Origin: the human T2T-CHM13v2.0 reference genome, Homo sapiens
Direction: 5' to 3' (one strand)
Assembly: GCF_009914755.1 (NCBI RefSeq)
Contig: NC_060930.1
DNA: 64,000 nucleotides
In this document: positions 14,823 through 30,238 of the stretch, one piece after another
How positions within the stretch are numbered: position 1 is the first letter of the stretch
Layout of the letters: each line of letters opens with the position of its first letter
Notes under the pieces: model-generated
Database searches by the model: none
The model's input: only the letters and a program-made list of their open reading frames with translations
Told to the model about the DNA's origin: nothing
Translations under genes and position numbers: made by a program

Positions 14823-15079
14823 GTGTAATCATTCTGAATAATTCTTATTTGTTTTCCTGAAGTTGTGGGTTCAGAACATGTTCAGGGGTTTTGTTATATT
14901 GGTGAAATTGTGTGGACCCTGGCTGATTTAACACAGACAATATTTTGACAGCCAGAAGACAAATTTAGAAAAGCACAATGCCTTCAGAAGGCTTTCTGTT
15001 TGTCTTTGTAACCTGAGTAGGGGTCTAACATTGTGTACTTTTTCACTAAACTCTTTAGTAATATTAGCAACTTACCTAT

Positions 15080-15438
15080 TGTCTTAGCCCATTTGGCCTG
15101 CTATTACAAAATATCACAGGCTAGGTGGCTGATAAACAACAGAAATTCTTTTTTCAGAGTTTTGGAAGCTGGGAAATAGAAGATCGAGGTGCTGTCAGAT
15201 TCAGTGTCTGGCAAGGGGCTGCTTCTTCAGCTGTCTTCTCATTCTAACTTCACATGGCAGAAAGGACAAGCAGTTTCTCTCATGCCTCTTTTATAAGGGC
15301 ACTAATCCCATTTATGTAAGCTCCAACCCCACAACCTACTCACCTTCCAAAGACCTCATTTCTTAATACTGTCACCTGGCCAGTGAGGATTTTAATGTAT
15401 GAATTCGGGGGTGGGTACATAGAGATAAGACCATAACA
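15080..15438 (-). mobile_element. MaLR solo LTR (MLT1A0-like)
   Basis: TGTCTTAG...GCTATTACAAAATATCACAGGCTAGGTGGC..AAACAACAGAAATT...AGACCATAACA. Confidence 0.85.
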
Positions 15439-15528
15439 TCTTAAATGTTCATGTTTGAATCTTACAGTTTGAATCTTCCTATTTGAATCTTTATAATGGA
15501 TAATTGAGAAGCACAATTTTTATCTGTA

Positions 15529-15699
15529 ATTTTTTTTTAGAGACAGAGTCTCACAATGTTGCCCAAGCTGAAGTTTAGTGACTGTTCACAAGTGAGATCA
15601 TCAGGCAATCTATAGCCTTGAATTCCTCGGCTCAAGCTATCCTCCTGCCTCAGGCTCTTGAGTAGCTCAGACTATAGGTTCATGCCACTGTGTCCATCC
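15529..15699 (-). mobile_element. FAM (fossil Alu monomer)
   Basis: Single monomer retaining the 7SL-derived GTGACTGTTCACAAGTGAGATCAT segment. Degenerate TSD AAGCACAATTTTT / AAGCATAACTTTT. Confidence 0.75.
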
Positions 15700-16504
15700 A
15701 GGAAGCATAACTTTTTTTTTTTTTAAACAAGGAAAGGGTTTTAAGAAAGTAATGGGTATATGCTAAATATATTTATTAATTCTAAAAAAGGAACCAGAAA
15801 TAATATTATGTTTCAATAAAATTCACTTTTCACAAAAATCATGCCCAAGGATTATTTGTACGAAACCTATTTAATAAATAATGAGAATGAAACTTCACTG
15901 AACATTTTGCTGAGTCTCTAGGATTTAATTTTTTAAAAATTTGTTTTCTTTACTAGAAGTTAAATTTTGTATGTCTGATACTTGTCAAAACATTCAGGCA
16001 GAAGTGTATGTTGACCAAATTGTTGAGACTGGCCAGAATAAAAATCCAGCTGGAAACAAATGGCCAAAAATTACTTTATCCAAGTCCCTTTACAGACTGT
16101 GCTTATCATACAAACATAATCTAAGATGGTGAGAAAGCTTCTTTGCAGGCACTGGCTATTCCTTGATCTCCTCATCTCTGGATTCTATCTATACTCCCAC
16201 CTGCTGCTGTTTGAGGTTAACTTCTCTGATTTTCTTCTCTTGACTCCTGATACTTGCTTAATACAGGTTTTCAACGTCATTTTTTCATTTGGCCATTGTA
16301 TTTATATACATGATGACTGATAATTGCCCTTTGTTTTACATAACAAAACTTAGTTAATAGGCATTCAGTCTTTTCTCCATTCTCTACTACCATCGTTTCT
16401 TCTTCCATCCTTTTTTACCTCCTTCCATTTCTCTTTTCTCTCTGCTTCCTTTTCTATTCTTTATTTCCCTTTCTCTCCTTTTCCTGCCTTTTTTTCCTTT
16501 CCCA

Positions 16505-17050
16505 AATAATTATTTATGCACTTAAGTAATTAGAGCACTAATTTTAATACTTAAGACCTGATGACCAACAACACAGACAAGATAGCATTTAAGCAACCTA
16601 TACTCAAACATTAAATAAATTATTTCAAAGTTAATGATTTTGCTCTAATCATAGGTGCTATGAAGAAGCAAAAGATGTGATGAAAGAACACAATAGGTAT
16701 TTTGAGATAATCTGGGGTGGAGGATCATCTTCGTGGGGTAAATGGTATTAAAGTTGAAATTTGAAGAATGCATGCAAGTTAACCAGGTGAATACTGATGG
16801 GAAATGGTTTGTTAGGCAGAGCAGAAAGACCCAAAGAGTGTTCGAGGAACTGAAATAGTCAATGTGGCTGGGGCTTATTAGAGAAAGTAGACAGGGTGGT
16901 GAGAGTTGAAGCTCCAAAGGATGGTAGAAACTAAACAATGCAGTGTCTGGCAGGTGATGATAAAACTCTTGAAGGGAAGTAAGTGGAGAGTGATTAAGAA
17001 GTACTTTGCACACGTTGGATGAATAACCAGGCCTGACCATTAGTAGAGGG
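16505..17050 (-). mobile_element. L2 3' fragment
   Basis: Purine-rich L2-like sequence (AGTTGAAATTTGAAGAATG, GAGGAACTGAAATAGTCAATGTGGCTGG). Confidence 0.6.
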
Positions 17051-18156
17051 AGGAAGAGAGATGAAAGGACAAAACTTATGACTTAAATAAAACTTTGAAA
17101 TTGTCTGTGATTTGTGCTTATTCATTTTATACACATTAGTGAATAATAGTTTTAAATCTTTCAAATTGAACACAAGTGTAGTTTTATTATTATTATTTTT
17201 TTTTACCTAGAATATGGTCTGCCTCTACTTGTGATGTATGAATCCCTGTCTGGTTTTTGAATTGAATTCAGAAGGCTCCTTTAACTGATACATTTTTGGA
17301 CTTCACATAAAAGTGAAGGAGGATCAAGAGAATGCTGAAATACTGTTTGTAGTTCTCTGTTTATAAGAACCTATAGCAATCAATGTTTGCACCCCCATGA
17401 AAATATGGTTTCAATTTTGTCCTTGAAATAAGAGAGGAGATGTGTTGCCAGCACATATTTATTCCTGCCAAGCATCTTCTTCTTTCTAGAGTGTACAGAC
17501 ATCTTATGAAGTTTTGCTTTCAATTTGTTTCAAGTTTAGTTTCATTTTAAAGTGGTGAATACCTGATAAATGACAGCACTTGTTACAATGATGAGACTAT
17601 TAGCTGGGATGATGTGCCAACAGAGATGGTGGACAGACAGCAATTTCCACAAGTCTACTAAGAATATCAACTGCTGTCTTATTTATTGGGACTTACACTT
17701 GAACATACTGGCTAACTCTCAAATCCAAACTTTGCATTGATTAGAGTCAAAACTAGAGACCAGGATTTTGAGTTGGGTGTTCAGAATTTGTTTCATTTTG
17801 AAGTTTGTAACTTATCATCATATTGATTTACATGCAGAAAAAATGATTAATAATCATGACCTTGCAAACTCATAATAGATATGTCACATGTTCATTTACC
17901 AATAATTTGAAGTCTTAGAGTTTACTTAGATAATATGGCTTGTGGATGTGCATGACAAATGTTAGAGCTTTTTTATTTTCTCAAATCAATAGTCCTTTGT
18001 TGGACTTAATGTTCATACTTTTCTTATTTTATATTTAGCATTCATAGAGAAATAATAGTATACAACCCAGCATTGCCACAAAGAAAACTGAAATATTAAA
18101 CACATTATTTTGGTGAATTCACACTGGGATACAAAATTTCCTTCATGATAAAGACA

Positions 18157-18212
18157 CATTTGAAAGTCATCAGAATTGGCCTTGCATTTGAAAGTCATCA
18201 GAATTGGCCTTG
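18157..18212. repeat. Perfect 28-bp tandem duplication
   Basis: CATTTGAAAGTCATCAGAATTGGCCTTG x2. Confidence 0.95.
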
Positions 18213-20421
18213 AATATTTTTACATTTCCTCTTATTGCTATCATATTCACTCCTCCCTTTTCTCTTAGATTAACAACACATTTCATTATTCTTTCGCTTT
18301 ATTTATTAAAGTACTCATATCTTTGGAAGTGCCAAAAGAATCTTCCTTACTGCATATCCTCAAGTTCTCAATAGCGGTATTAAAGAGATTCAGAGAAGTT
18401 TAGAATCTGAGTGCATATGAAGGCTTTGTTAAATTTATGCAACACAGTATTTCTTAATATTCCTCCAAGTGTTATGACATTTATATATCTTTACAACTGG
18501 AGACTAATTAGTTAAGATTTTAAAAAAATTCTCATCAAATCTGGATTCTATTACTATTATGCCACTGAAATTTCTTGTATAAAGTTTATCAATAATATTC
18601 GATTACCAAATCCATTGAATTTCATAATTTTTAGTAGCATTTGTTATTGTTAGCCACTTTCCTACTCATCACTTATTTTTCTTCTGCCTCTGCTTTCTCA
18701 CCTATAAAATAGGGTTGTTATCAGACTTAAATAAGTTGATATATGTGGAGATCTTAAAGGGTTTCTAGGACATAATAAGCACATGCTTTTCAGCTATCTT
18801 CATGATCATATTACTTGCTTTCCAATTGTGTTCTAGCCCACATTTTAAAAAAGCAGAATGTGTAATAAAAGCATGCATGAGGTAGTTTATTGTAACATGA
18901 CCTTAGGAAGGAAGTGAGGGACCAGATGAGTAAAACAAGGAAGGAGGAAAAACCAACACAGGGTGCATTGTTAAGTTAGTAATCCCTATGAAACCATACA
19001 CAATGCATTTTGAAACTGACTGCTTTGTTAATTGTCTCTCATACTCTATTAGTCAAAGATGGCTCCATGCACATTAATTCCTTCATACTTTCAGACTGGA
19101 AAATTGTTAGTGCCAAGCTGGTTCAATGCATGAGAGAAGGTTAGAAGTGAGAGGGTATGGCCATGAGCATTTTATGTAGGGCTCAAGAGGTATCCAATGT
19201 ACATATCCTCCTGGGTTTTCTCATACCTCCTTGGCCACTCTTTCTCCTCATCTTCTTCACATTTAGTCCCCTTGTTTTCTAATACTTTTTTCTGTTTCAA
19301 AAATCAAATTTTGAGGTATAAGTCACATAAAATAAAATGTACACATTTAAAGTGTAGAGTTGGATGGTTTTGACAAACGTCTATATATCTGTGTAACTGC
19401 TCTTCTAATTAAAGGCATAAAACATATCTAAATTCTCAATTGCCTCTTTGTAATCAAGAATGCCTAGCTCTACCTCTAGGCCAACACTGACAAATAAGGA
19501 TGATGAGTATTGTTTTGTGTGAATGTTGATTATTTTTCTTATTTTCTGAAATACCTGTTCAAATATTTTGTACATTATTACTTTAGTTATTTGTCATCTT
19601 AGTATTAAGTTATAAGAGGTCTTTATGGATTTTGGATATCAGTCTTTCATATTTTTCTAATTCTGTGGCTTGCTTTTTATTTATTTTTAGCCATGTCTTT
19701 CAAAGAACAGAAGTCTTAAATTTCAATGAAGTCGAATTTATCATTCTTTAATCTTATAATTCTGGTTTTTGCGTGCAATCTAAGAAATCCTTTCCTTTTG
19801 CAATACAGCAAAGATTTTTCTCCCGCTTTGTACTAAAAGTTATGTGTTTTAGCTGTCACATTTAGGTCTATGATAGACTGAAAAGTAATCTTGTATACGA
19901 TGTGAGATCAGGTCAAGTTTTCTTTTTAAAATATGGCTATTCCATTGTTCTGTTATTATTTGTTGAAAAGATTATCCCTTTCCCCATTGATCTTCCTTAG
20001 CATCTTTGTCAAAAATCAATGGACCACATATATACACATACACACACAATTATATATACATCTAAAATCATATATATAATTCATATACATATATACATGT
20101 GTATGGGTTTATTTTTGGATTTCAAAGTTCTGTTTATTTGATCTATGTATCTAATCTTAAATCTATACCACAGTCTGTATTACTGTTGCATTATAGTGAG
20201 TCTAAAAATGACGTACTGTAAATCTTCTTTGTTCATCTTTTTCAAAACTGTTTTGGCTAGTCTGTTTATGTTTTTATAAAAATTATAGAATCAACTTATC
20301 AATTTTTATGAAAAGCCTGCTGATATTTCATTGAGAATATATTGAACTAGTCCATAAACCAATTTGGGCAGCGTTAACATATTAACAATAGCTAGTCTTC
20401 CTATCTATATATATGGTCTAC

Positions 20422-20788
20422 TGTATTTGTCCATTCTTACTCTGCTATGAAGAAATACCCAAGACTGAATAATTTAAAAGAAAAGAGGATTAATTGACTC
20501 ACAGTTCCACATTTTTTGCTGGGGAGGCCTCAGGAAACTTACAATCATGGCGGAAGGAAAAGGAGAAGCAGGCACCTTCTTCACAGGGTGGCAGGATAGA
20601 GTGAACGCAAGCAGGGGAAATGCCAGACGCTTATAAAACCATCAGATCTCATGAGACTCATTCACTATCACGAGAACAGCATGGGGAACCGCCCCCCATG
20701 ATCTGATTACCTCCACCTGGTCCCGTTCTTTTCAAGGGGATTACAATTCAAAATGAGATTCAAGTGGGGACACAGCCAAACCATATCA
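20422..20788 (-). mobile_element. THE1 (THE1D-like) solo LTR
   Basis: TGTATTTGTCCATT...GGGGAGGCCTCAGGAAACTTACAATCATGG...CAGCCAAACCATATCA. Confidence 0.92.
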
Positions 20789-21039
20789 TATGCTGATCTA
20801 TTTATTTTGCTCTCTAATTTCTCTCAGCAGCGTTTTGAAATTTTCAGGACAGGTTTTTCACATAGTTTGTTAATATTATGCCTAAGCATTTTATAGATTT
20901 TGCTATGATTACAAATAGTGTTTTGAATTTTCAATTGTTTGTTGATAGCACACATACATACAATTAATTTTATATGTTCTTATACATTTGTATGGGGCTT
21001 GTATTATACAGTCTTACTAAATTCACTTGTTAGTTCTCA

Positions 21040-21389
<350 letters not shown>

Positions 21390-21751
21390 TCAATTATTTT
21401 ATTTGTGAGTAAAGACAGTTTTACCTCTTGCTTTAATATCTGCATGTCTTATTTCTTTTTCTTGTTTTATTTCCCTGATTAGGACTTTCAGTGCAATGTT
21501 AATAAAAGGAGTAAGAATGAATGTCCTTGGTTTGTTCCTAATCTTGGTGGGAAGCATTTAGTTTTTCACCATTAATATATACTAGTTGTAAGGTTGTTTC
21601 TAGATAATCTTTATCTAGTTGAAAAATTTTCCTTCTATTTCTAGCTTATTGATGGTTTTATTATGAATGGGTGTTGAATTTTGTCAAAAATTCAATGGCA
21701 ATTTATAGGCAATGCTCAATTTCATTATTGACTTTATTTTTAATTAAAACA

Positions 21752-21806
21752 TATAACATTCACATTAGTCAGATATTATTATAACATTCATATTAGCCAG
21801 ATATTA
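21752..21806. repeat. 28-bp tandem duplication (2 mismatches)
   Basis: TATAACATTCACATTAGTCAGATATTAT then TATAACATTCATATTAGCCAGATATTA. Confidence 0.9.
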
Positions 21807-23000
21807 AAAAGTGCTAAGTACTCTTTCATCTTCCCAGTTCCCACTCTTTCTCCACAAATAAGCACTTTTATTAGTTTCCAGTGTGAGCTTTCTGAGTTTC
21901 CAAAATACAAATACCAGAAAACATCAATATATATTCTAATTTGCTCCACTTTCTAAACACATAGCATTTTATAAAATAGTTACGCACTTGCTTTTTTTCA
22001 TTTAATAGATCTTAGAAAGCTTTTCTTATTAGGGTATAGAGAAATTTCTCATTATTTCTTAGAACTACATAGTATTCTATTGCATGGATATACAGTCACC
22101 TAGAAACTACTTCCCTTTAATGAAAATCTGGGTTGTTTCCAATCTTTGGTTATTACAAAGATGCTTCAGTGGATATCAATATGTATACATAATTAAGGTA
22201 TATGCTCTTGTAATTTTGATGGCTTATTACCAGGAAATAATGAGACTCTTGTTCAGATGTGATATAGGAAAGCTCTGTCCTACTCTTATCTAGATTCCAT
22301 TCTTCCTTTGTTGTCCTGGCTCCAAATCATGCACTCTTTCTCTTTTAGTTTCAGAAATATATCTCAGGCTAGACAATGTCAGAATGGTAGTACTATTTTA
22401 TCATGATTTTATGGTGACTGCAGATAATTCATAATCCCCTTATTAGCAACTGCTTAGAGTTTAACATCAGTGACATTCACTTGTATTTTTGAGACTAAAG
22501 CTATGATTTTTGTCTAGGTTACTATAGAAAAAATCCATACAAAATTACACTAAGCATAGTTTTATTTTTCTCCAACGCTTGGACTGGAAAATATTTGCTA
22601 TATCATTCAGTGTCCCAGAAGGCTTCTTTATTTCTTTGCACTGCATATTTTCTTTGCACTATTTCTCTCTCTTATAGTTCATATAGGTTCACTGCTAGTA
22701 TGAGGAGGGGGCATGTGGGTAGGAAGAAAAGAACTTACAGGTTCAGTACTATCTAATTAATTTTCCATAGTTTAGAAAAGGGACTGACTCTATCTTACTT
22801 CTATCAAAAACAATCTTATTGACTGTAGCATCAAAGCATGTTTTATTTTACTGGTTTATATACCATGGGTAGAGACCATACCTGCTTTTGCTGTCTAATA
22901 AAAAGGAGTTATGAGAATTTTCACAAGTCCAGTAGATTAGGGTTTCAAATATTACTTGCCTATATTCAGGGCTGACTGGTATATTAAAAATGCCAGCTTT

Positions 23001-23302
<302 letters not shown>

Positions 23303-23954
23303 AAAAATGCCAGCTTTGTCTTCTTTGTACTCCCTTTGGAAAAGAAGTCGTAATGGCTTTGCTAGAAATAATGTTTCACATCACCAGTAAATCCAAGTCA
23401 AATAACAAAATGTGTTAATATATTATCATGCTTTCTCTGAAGCTTATGATAATAGGCCTTTTGCATTTCATTCCTATCTTTTCTATCTTTGGATACACCT
23501 CTGAAGAGAGTAGAAAATGCAGAAGGGGAAATATATACCAGAAGAGTAGAACTCACTGTACAGAAATTAAAGATGTGACACAGTCTCTTGAATGAACGGC
23601 ATGCAAAGCAGTCTTGGGTAAATTTGACCCAAGCAAATGGCAATGCTGTAGGAGTGTAAATCATCAAGAACATTTACAGAAATGCTATATAAATGTAAAG
23701 TGTCAAAATATCTCAGATCCTATGATAGATTTATATTTCTTGCAAATATTTTTGGATGTTGGTATGACTCTTGGGCTGGAGACTCAGTAGAGCAATAAAT
23801 TCCCTCCTACTGCCTTTGGTTAGGATGCATATTTTATTCATTTATTATGATATTTTAAATTAAAACATACTTAATTGGAATCACTTTTATGTTCCTTTTG
23901 TGCTAATATATTGAGTTAGTTTATTGGTTAGCTGACTTGAAAGAAATACTTGTT

Positions 23955-24185
23955 AAGAGCATTGCCTTTAGAGCTAGAGCCTGAATTTAAATTCTGGCCT
24001 CCCCACTTACTAACTAATTGGTTGTCTCACACAGGCCTCAATTTCTGAGAGGCACAATTTCCTCATAGGTGAAACAGATACAAGAATACTTACTTTATAA
24101 ACCCATTGTAAGGATTAAATGAGATAATCTATGTTAAACATTCAGCACAGTTTACTGGCAAATAATAAATGCTCATGAATGACAG
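23955..24185 (+). mobile_element. MIR SINE
   Basis: MIR core (AATTTCCTCAT...GTAAGGATTAAATGAGATAAT...AGCACAGT..CTGGCA..TAATAAATGCTCA). Confidence 0.8.
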
Positions 24186-25708
24186 TGAAAATGAAAATTG
24201 AATACTAGGAAGTATACTTAGAGATGATTACTTTAACCAGAACAATTAAATAGATGACAAAACTTTATATATGTGTATACATATGTATATGTGTATATGT
24301 GTACACAAAAATACCCTCACATATGTTTATATACAAAGAATGGAGGAAAAAACTTTTGGTAGCAAAAAATCACTATGCTTAATTCACTTTTGTATGTTTT
24401 AAAATTAGTCTAATATTTGTATCCGCCTCTATATTAGTACATTCCAGAAGGATAAGCAATATTTCTAGCACTGTATATTCAGAAAAAACACATCTGCATG
24501 TATTTTAAGAATCCATCAGGGTGCTAGCCTCCCTGTAGTATAATTGCTGTAAGTATAACTTAGGTTGGAAATCTTTCAGGGATAGCATCATAACACATCC
24601 CATGATTTCATGCATTGCATGGCTGGCATCGTTCCCGGTGGAGCAGGAGAGACACACACACTAACATGGCTGTCAAAACAGGTTAAGATGAATCATCTGA
24701 AAATATTTTAAGACTAGTATTAGTGAGGACAGTCTTCCAATTTTCATTTAAGTGTTTTGTTATATCACTTGATGTTGAATGCTGCCTGTTCAGGAACATA
24801 CTACCTGTAAATTCTATTTTTCATTTTATCAAAAAAGCTTAACTTTGGAGTAGACGATGGTAAGCTGAAAAGGATACTGGGAAAACTAGAAACTTCTAAA
24901 GACTATATTTTAAATGAGATGACTGAAATTATCCAGAGAATATTTTTTATCATCAGTAAATATACTTTTCACCCTTTCCTCTTGATTCACATAAATTTAA
25001 TAAAAAGGGTTTAAAAAATGTGTGCTGGCCTGCATTTTATTATGTAATAACATTTGCATGGTACCGCTTTTCTGTTTCTCACTTCATCAGTACTGTTTTT
25101 CATTTGGGTGGACCTCCTCAGCTGTGATGGTGTTGGAAAAAAGCATCTGTAGTTGTGCAATCATCAACTGAAAGCTGCTCTGTTTCCACGTAACTATATG
25201 TCTTTTTGAGACCAAATGGGAGATGCTTAATGTTAATAAATAAGCAGTTTCTGCATAAATAAAGACCAGGCCCTGAAATATATAGACTTGATTATTTTTT
25301 TTCTGTCCCAAGTCAAATGGATTCATAAAACAAGCGATAAAGCTGTGAATTATACACTTAGTTACAAATGCATTCAGAATAAATGTGGTTTCTATTTGTA
25401 AATACAAATACTATAGTGCTATGGGACTCAACCTTAATCCATTACAGTAGAGAAAAATACAAATATATGACCCTTGTGCATAAAACACATTGGTACCAAA
25501 GTACTATAGCAATGGATAACACATTTGTTTTTGTTTTTAACGCCAAAAATGTGGTTCAAAGTCCTGGAAGACGTGGTCAACTCACCTCTTTTTTGGCCTT
25601 CTGCTTAACCCTGCAACCTTTAATATTCAATGTGACCAAATAGGTACATCACATGGTGATTTTCATACAAGCTGCATATATTTGCATGCTTTTAAGAATG
25701 CGGCCTCA

Positions 25709-26074
<366 letters not shown>

Positions 26075-27804
26075 TTATACTTCTATGAATGCAGAAACTG
26101 AGGACTTTTACAAAGAAGAGACTATGTTAGCTATTATTTTCTATTGCCATGAGATTAAATTTTTCTACTGTTTGAATAATTTGTACAAATACTCTTTTAC
26201 TGCAATTTTTTTCTCATTTCTGTAAAAGAGACCATAAAGTCATGATTGACCACAGTAACCAATGGTTATCCTAGATCAGATTTTGATGTTCCAAATTCAC
26301 TAGTTCAACTTTACTTGACAATCAAAATGATGGAGAATTCAAGCTAAGAGGAAGCAAAACACTGTTTAAATACATATAGCTCTGGCAATTGTCTGGGATA
26401 ACTATATGGATTATGAAAATCATATGAAAGGTAATAGATACATGTTTGACAATAGAGTAGTTCAAAGTTACTTCTGTTCTGAATGGTCTACTTTACAAAA
26501 AGAAAATATAAATATAAATTAAAATATAAATCATTATATTTGATTTATGACCTTTCCCTCTATTTAACAAGAAAAGCCAGTTTACAATGATACAATTTTG
26601 GCAAGCTATTTTCTTACTTTTAAAAATAAACTCATTTAAAATGTGTGTCTAATAATCTTTTTAATTTTAGAGGTATATTTGGAAAATTTAGTGTTTCAAG
26701 ACTATTTATAAATAACATTAAAATATAATTTTTAAAATTAATGCATTATGAAACAGGGGGTCCCTATTAAGAAGACTTATGTGTTTTATGAAGTTCAGAT
26801 AGATTTCAAGTGGTCCAGCTGGCAACCGTCTTCCACCCAGCCTGTATTTAATACTTATTATATTTAATTATCTCCCTTTCAATCTGAATCCAGCACCTAT
26901 GTTCTTTAACTATATAAATATAGTAGTTATATAGACCCCTAAAAAGTAGGATGGTGACTAAAGTCACTTATGCACCAATATAAATTTTTAATTCTGAAAA
27001 TTAGATTATATTATATCCCCACCCAGAAGACTTTAAATGCACTTCTTACAGCTACAGGAGAAAAATCCAAACATGTTGTACTTCATAGTATAGCTATTGA
27101 TTGCCTATTCTTTTACCATTTAACATTCACCTTAGGATTTAGTCATACTAAATTACCTGGTTACTGACTTCATTTGCTTTCTCACATCTTCATGCTTTTG
27201 TATCTTATATTCCCTTTGCATAGAATGCCTTATACTCACTTTGCTACCTGGGAAACTCCAGCTGATTCTTCAATTCTGAAATCAAATATTATTTCTTCTG
27301 TGAAGTTTTCTTCTTCAATTTCCCAATTCCATTTCTGTGGAATTTACATACCTATGTAAATTTAGGTCCTCTTTAATTAGATTACATCTTACATAGACAA
27401 GTGCATAAGCGCATGCATGCCTACACACACTCACACACACTTCCATTAGAACTATAATGACATTTTAATGTGTGTTCTGAATTTGCCTGGTTATCGCTTC
27501 TATTTGATCATAAGACTCTTTTAAGATGAGGAAAATTTCCTCTTATTATATACTTGTTAAATTAAAAAAACACATTAATATGTGATAGCAAGTTAGTAAA
27601 TGAATTTCTTAACGTAGTTAAAATTTATTTGAAACCGCAGATCAATGATAAGTTACTCATTCAATGGACTTTCTTTATTCTACATGAACCTGTTTATACG
27701 CTCATACTCTAAATTGCACTCAGTAACAAAATGAAGAATATAATTCAGGTCAGCTTGCTATTTAAATATGAAACTATGTTACCTATGTGACAAATGTTTC
27801 TAAA

Positions 27805-27910
27805 TTCTTTTTTTCTTCACGTTTTCATTTAAGTTCAGGGGTACATGTGCGGGATGTGCAGGTTTGTTATATAGGTAAATGTGTGCCATGGCGGTTTGCT
27901 GCACAGATCA
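27805..27910 (-). mobile_element. Very short L1PA 3'-end fragment
   Basis: TTAAGTTCAGGGGTACATGTGCGGGATGTGCAGGTTTGTTATATAGGTAAA is the reverse complement of a primate L1 3' terminus. Confidence 0.8.
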
Positions 27911-28639
27911 TAAATAGATTTCACCTTTATGCTTTCTATAAAAAGTATCTGAAACTGAAAGTAAATAATAATGGAGATGATAAGATGATATGAGCACAAG
28001 GTGTCTTATGTATTTTGGAGACTCTTTGAATGGGGTATTCAAACTGTTGGAAGGCAGGCGTCCAAATACTCTCTTGCTACTTAAAGTCATTTTTCAATGA
28101 GGTGATAAATAGATAAAAGCAAACATGTATATTTTGGAATGTTTGGATCTAGGCAAGGCACGTATGATGTGTTAATTTTCCTGCCACTTTAAGTATTCTT
28201 TAAAAATTAGTGCTTTCTATATATTCTCTTTTGCTTTTGTTGAGAAAAGAAATTTACATTTTCATCTTCCTACTATGTGTATTCTGTACTTGAAAGCAAT
28301 GTCCTCATTCACCATTAATTAGTCTATTTTGAACTCGCTACATTTGTCTTTAGTCCCACCAAAGCATCTAAAAGAACCAGGAGTTAAAACACTTAGTTGT
28401 CACAAAATCAGGGAATTGAAAAGATATGCTTATCTTTTTTATTACTACTGTCAATTTATTCCCTTGAATTTTAAATAGTAGAATGTCTTCTTTTATTCTT
28501 TGTTCATGTCTTTAGAAGGATTACAGCTACTTTTAATATCAATGCTATAGTTGCTATTAAAGTTAGGCTTACTTTTGTTTATTTGGGTTTAAAACATTTT
28601 ATGATCTTAGGTACGATATACCTTTTGAGAATTAAAAAA

Positions 28640-29102
28640 TCAAGAGCCCATTCATGTTTGATTGAAAATTATAGAAACAGCTTTTAAATTAACTCAAGTG
28701 AAAAATAAGATTCATAGGGGAGATGCTGGAGTTGACCACATAAAGGAAGATATGAGGCACTAGGACAGCCTTAGGGGTTTCAGACTCTCAACCTCTAATA
28801 GTGCTTCTTTCTGGGTGTCAGGGACATAGCTGCTGGAAGTTCTAGGGTCTCATGCTTTCAGCTTCATAATCAGGGAGAAAAGATAGTATTTTATCATCTC
28901 TAGCAGAAAAATCATAGGGAAGAATATGAATTGACTCACCTGGAAGCATAGACCTATTCCTGAACCAATTCCTGTGCCCAGGACTAAAGCATTCTTTGAG
29001 TGGTACAGCCTGGGTCACATGATTCCACCTACTGTCAAGATGTGGAACTGTTTTTCAAAGGAGGGTGACTAGGCCAGACCAACAATGGCAATAGCCACTA
29101 CA
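28640..29102 (-). mobile_element. Old MaLR LTR (MLT1K/L-like)
   Basis: CCTGAACCAATTCCTGTG.CCAGG and GCCTGGGTCACATG motifs. Boundaries approximate. Confidence 0.55.
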
Positions 29103-30238
29103 AAGAGAAACTAATTATTTTATTTTATTAGTACTCCATTCTGTAACATTATAGAGAATATAGAGAGCTGATTTATATGAGGTGCTAAATATTTGTAATG
29201 CTACTATTGTTTTAAAGATGGAAATATTTTCTCTGTACATAATTTAAATGTGCTCTGGCTAAGGATCATTATGGAAAAAAAAACTACTATTAAGGCCAGA
29301 TACCAAAGTGAAAATTTAATTGAAATATTAGAATGTAATGGGTTGTGAAATTCTAAAGTGAGATGCAAGACCAAAATGAAAATTTTCAAAGGAAATGTCT
29401 GTGAATGGGCTTCTTGACTAAAAATCCCTTTGACTAAAAACCCTTGACTAAAAAACCGTCTCATTGGGAATATAAACAGCAAAGAGAGTAGAGGGTGAGG
29501 AAAGATTTGTAAAGAGGATTTTTTGAACAAACCCATGATTGCCTCTTCATCTTAAGTCAAGGCAGAGGATTTCTAACCAATTCCTCTGAGAGGCTGAGCA
29601 ATGGCCCACAGTTAGGGAGTCCCAGAGAAGTACAGAAAACAGTGGAGTGGCTAGCTGCATGGAGGTAGAATGAAGCTTTGCTACTGGGGTTGTCCCATTG
29701 CCCCAGATATTGTGGAGGTCAAGGATGCCTGAGTGTTTCCTGTACATCACATATGGCCAAGAGAGGGATTTGACATAGATGCTTTATAAGATACTGTGAA
29801 TGCAGGTCCACAGATGGCAAGGGAGTCTCAGGTGAAGTTAGAGGTGAAGCACCAGATCCCTTACAGCAGGAGAAGTGAGCAACCACTGAAATGCCATGCC
29901 TTCACCCTAGTCAATGTTACTGCACGTCAGAGAGCACCTGGAATGGGACATTCCAAAAAATATACAAAAATTTCCTAGAAGAGAAAGTGCTAACTTTCAA
30001 CATTTGCCAGCCCTTAAAACACACAAGGCAACTTAAGATAGTAGTGGTCAAGTATTTAATAAAAACTTCCTGCCCCCAGTCATCCCTCTTCCCTCCTCTG
30101 ACACTGGAGGAAAGGTTCAAAACCACAGTTAGCAAGATGGTGGTGCAGGAGTGAAGGTTTAAAGGAAAGTGCAAGAGAGAAAAAAATATAAAAACGTACC
30201 TCCCCTCCTTTATTGGCCTCTTACTTACAACAGGCCTA

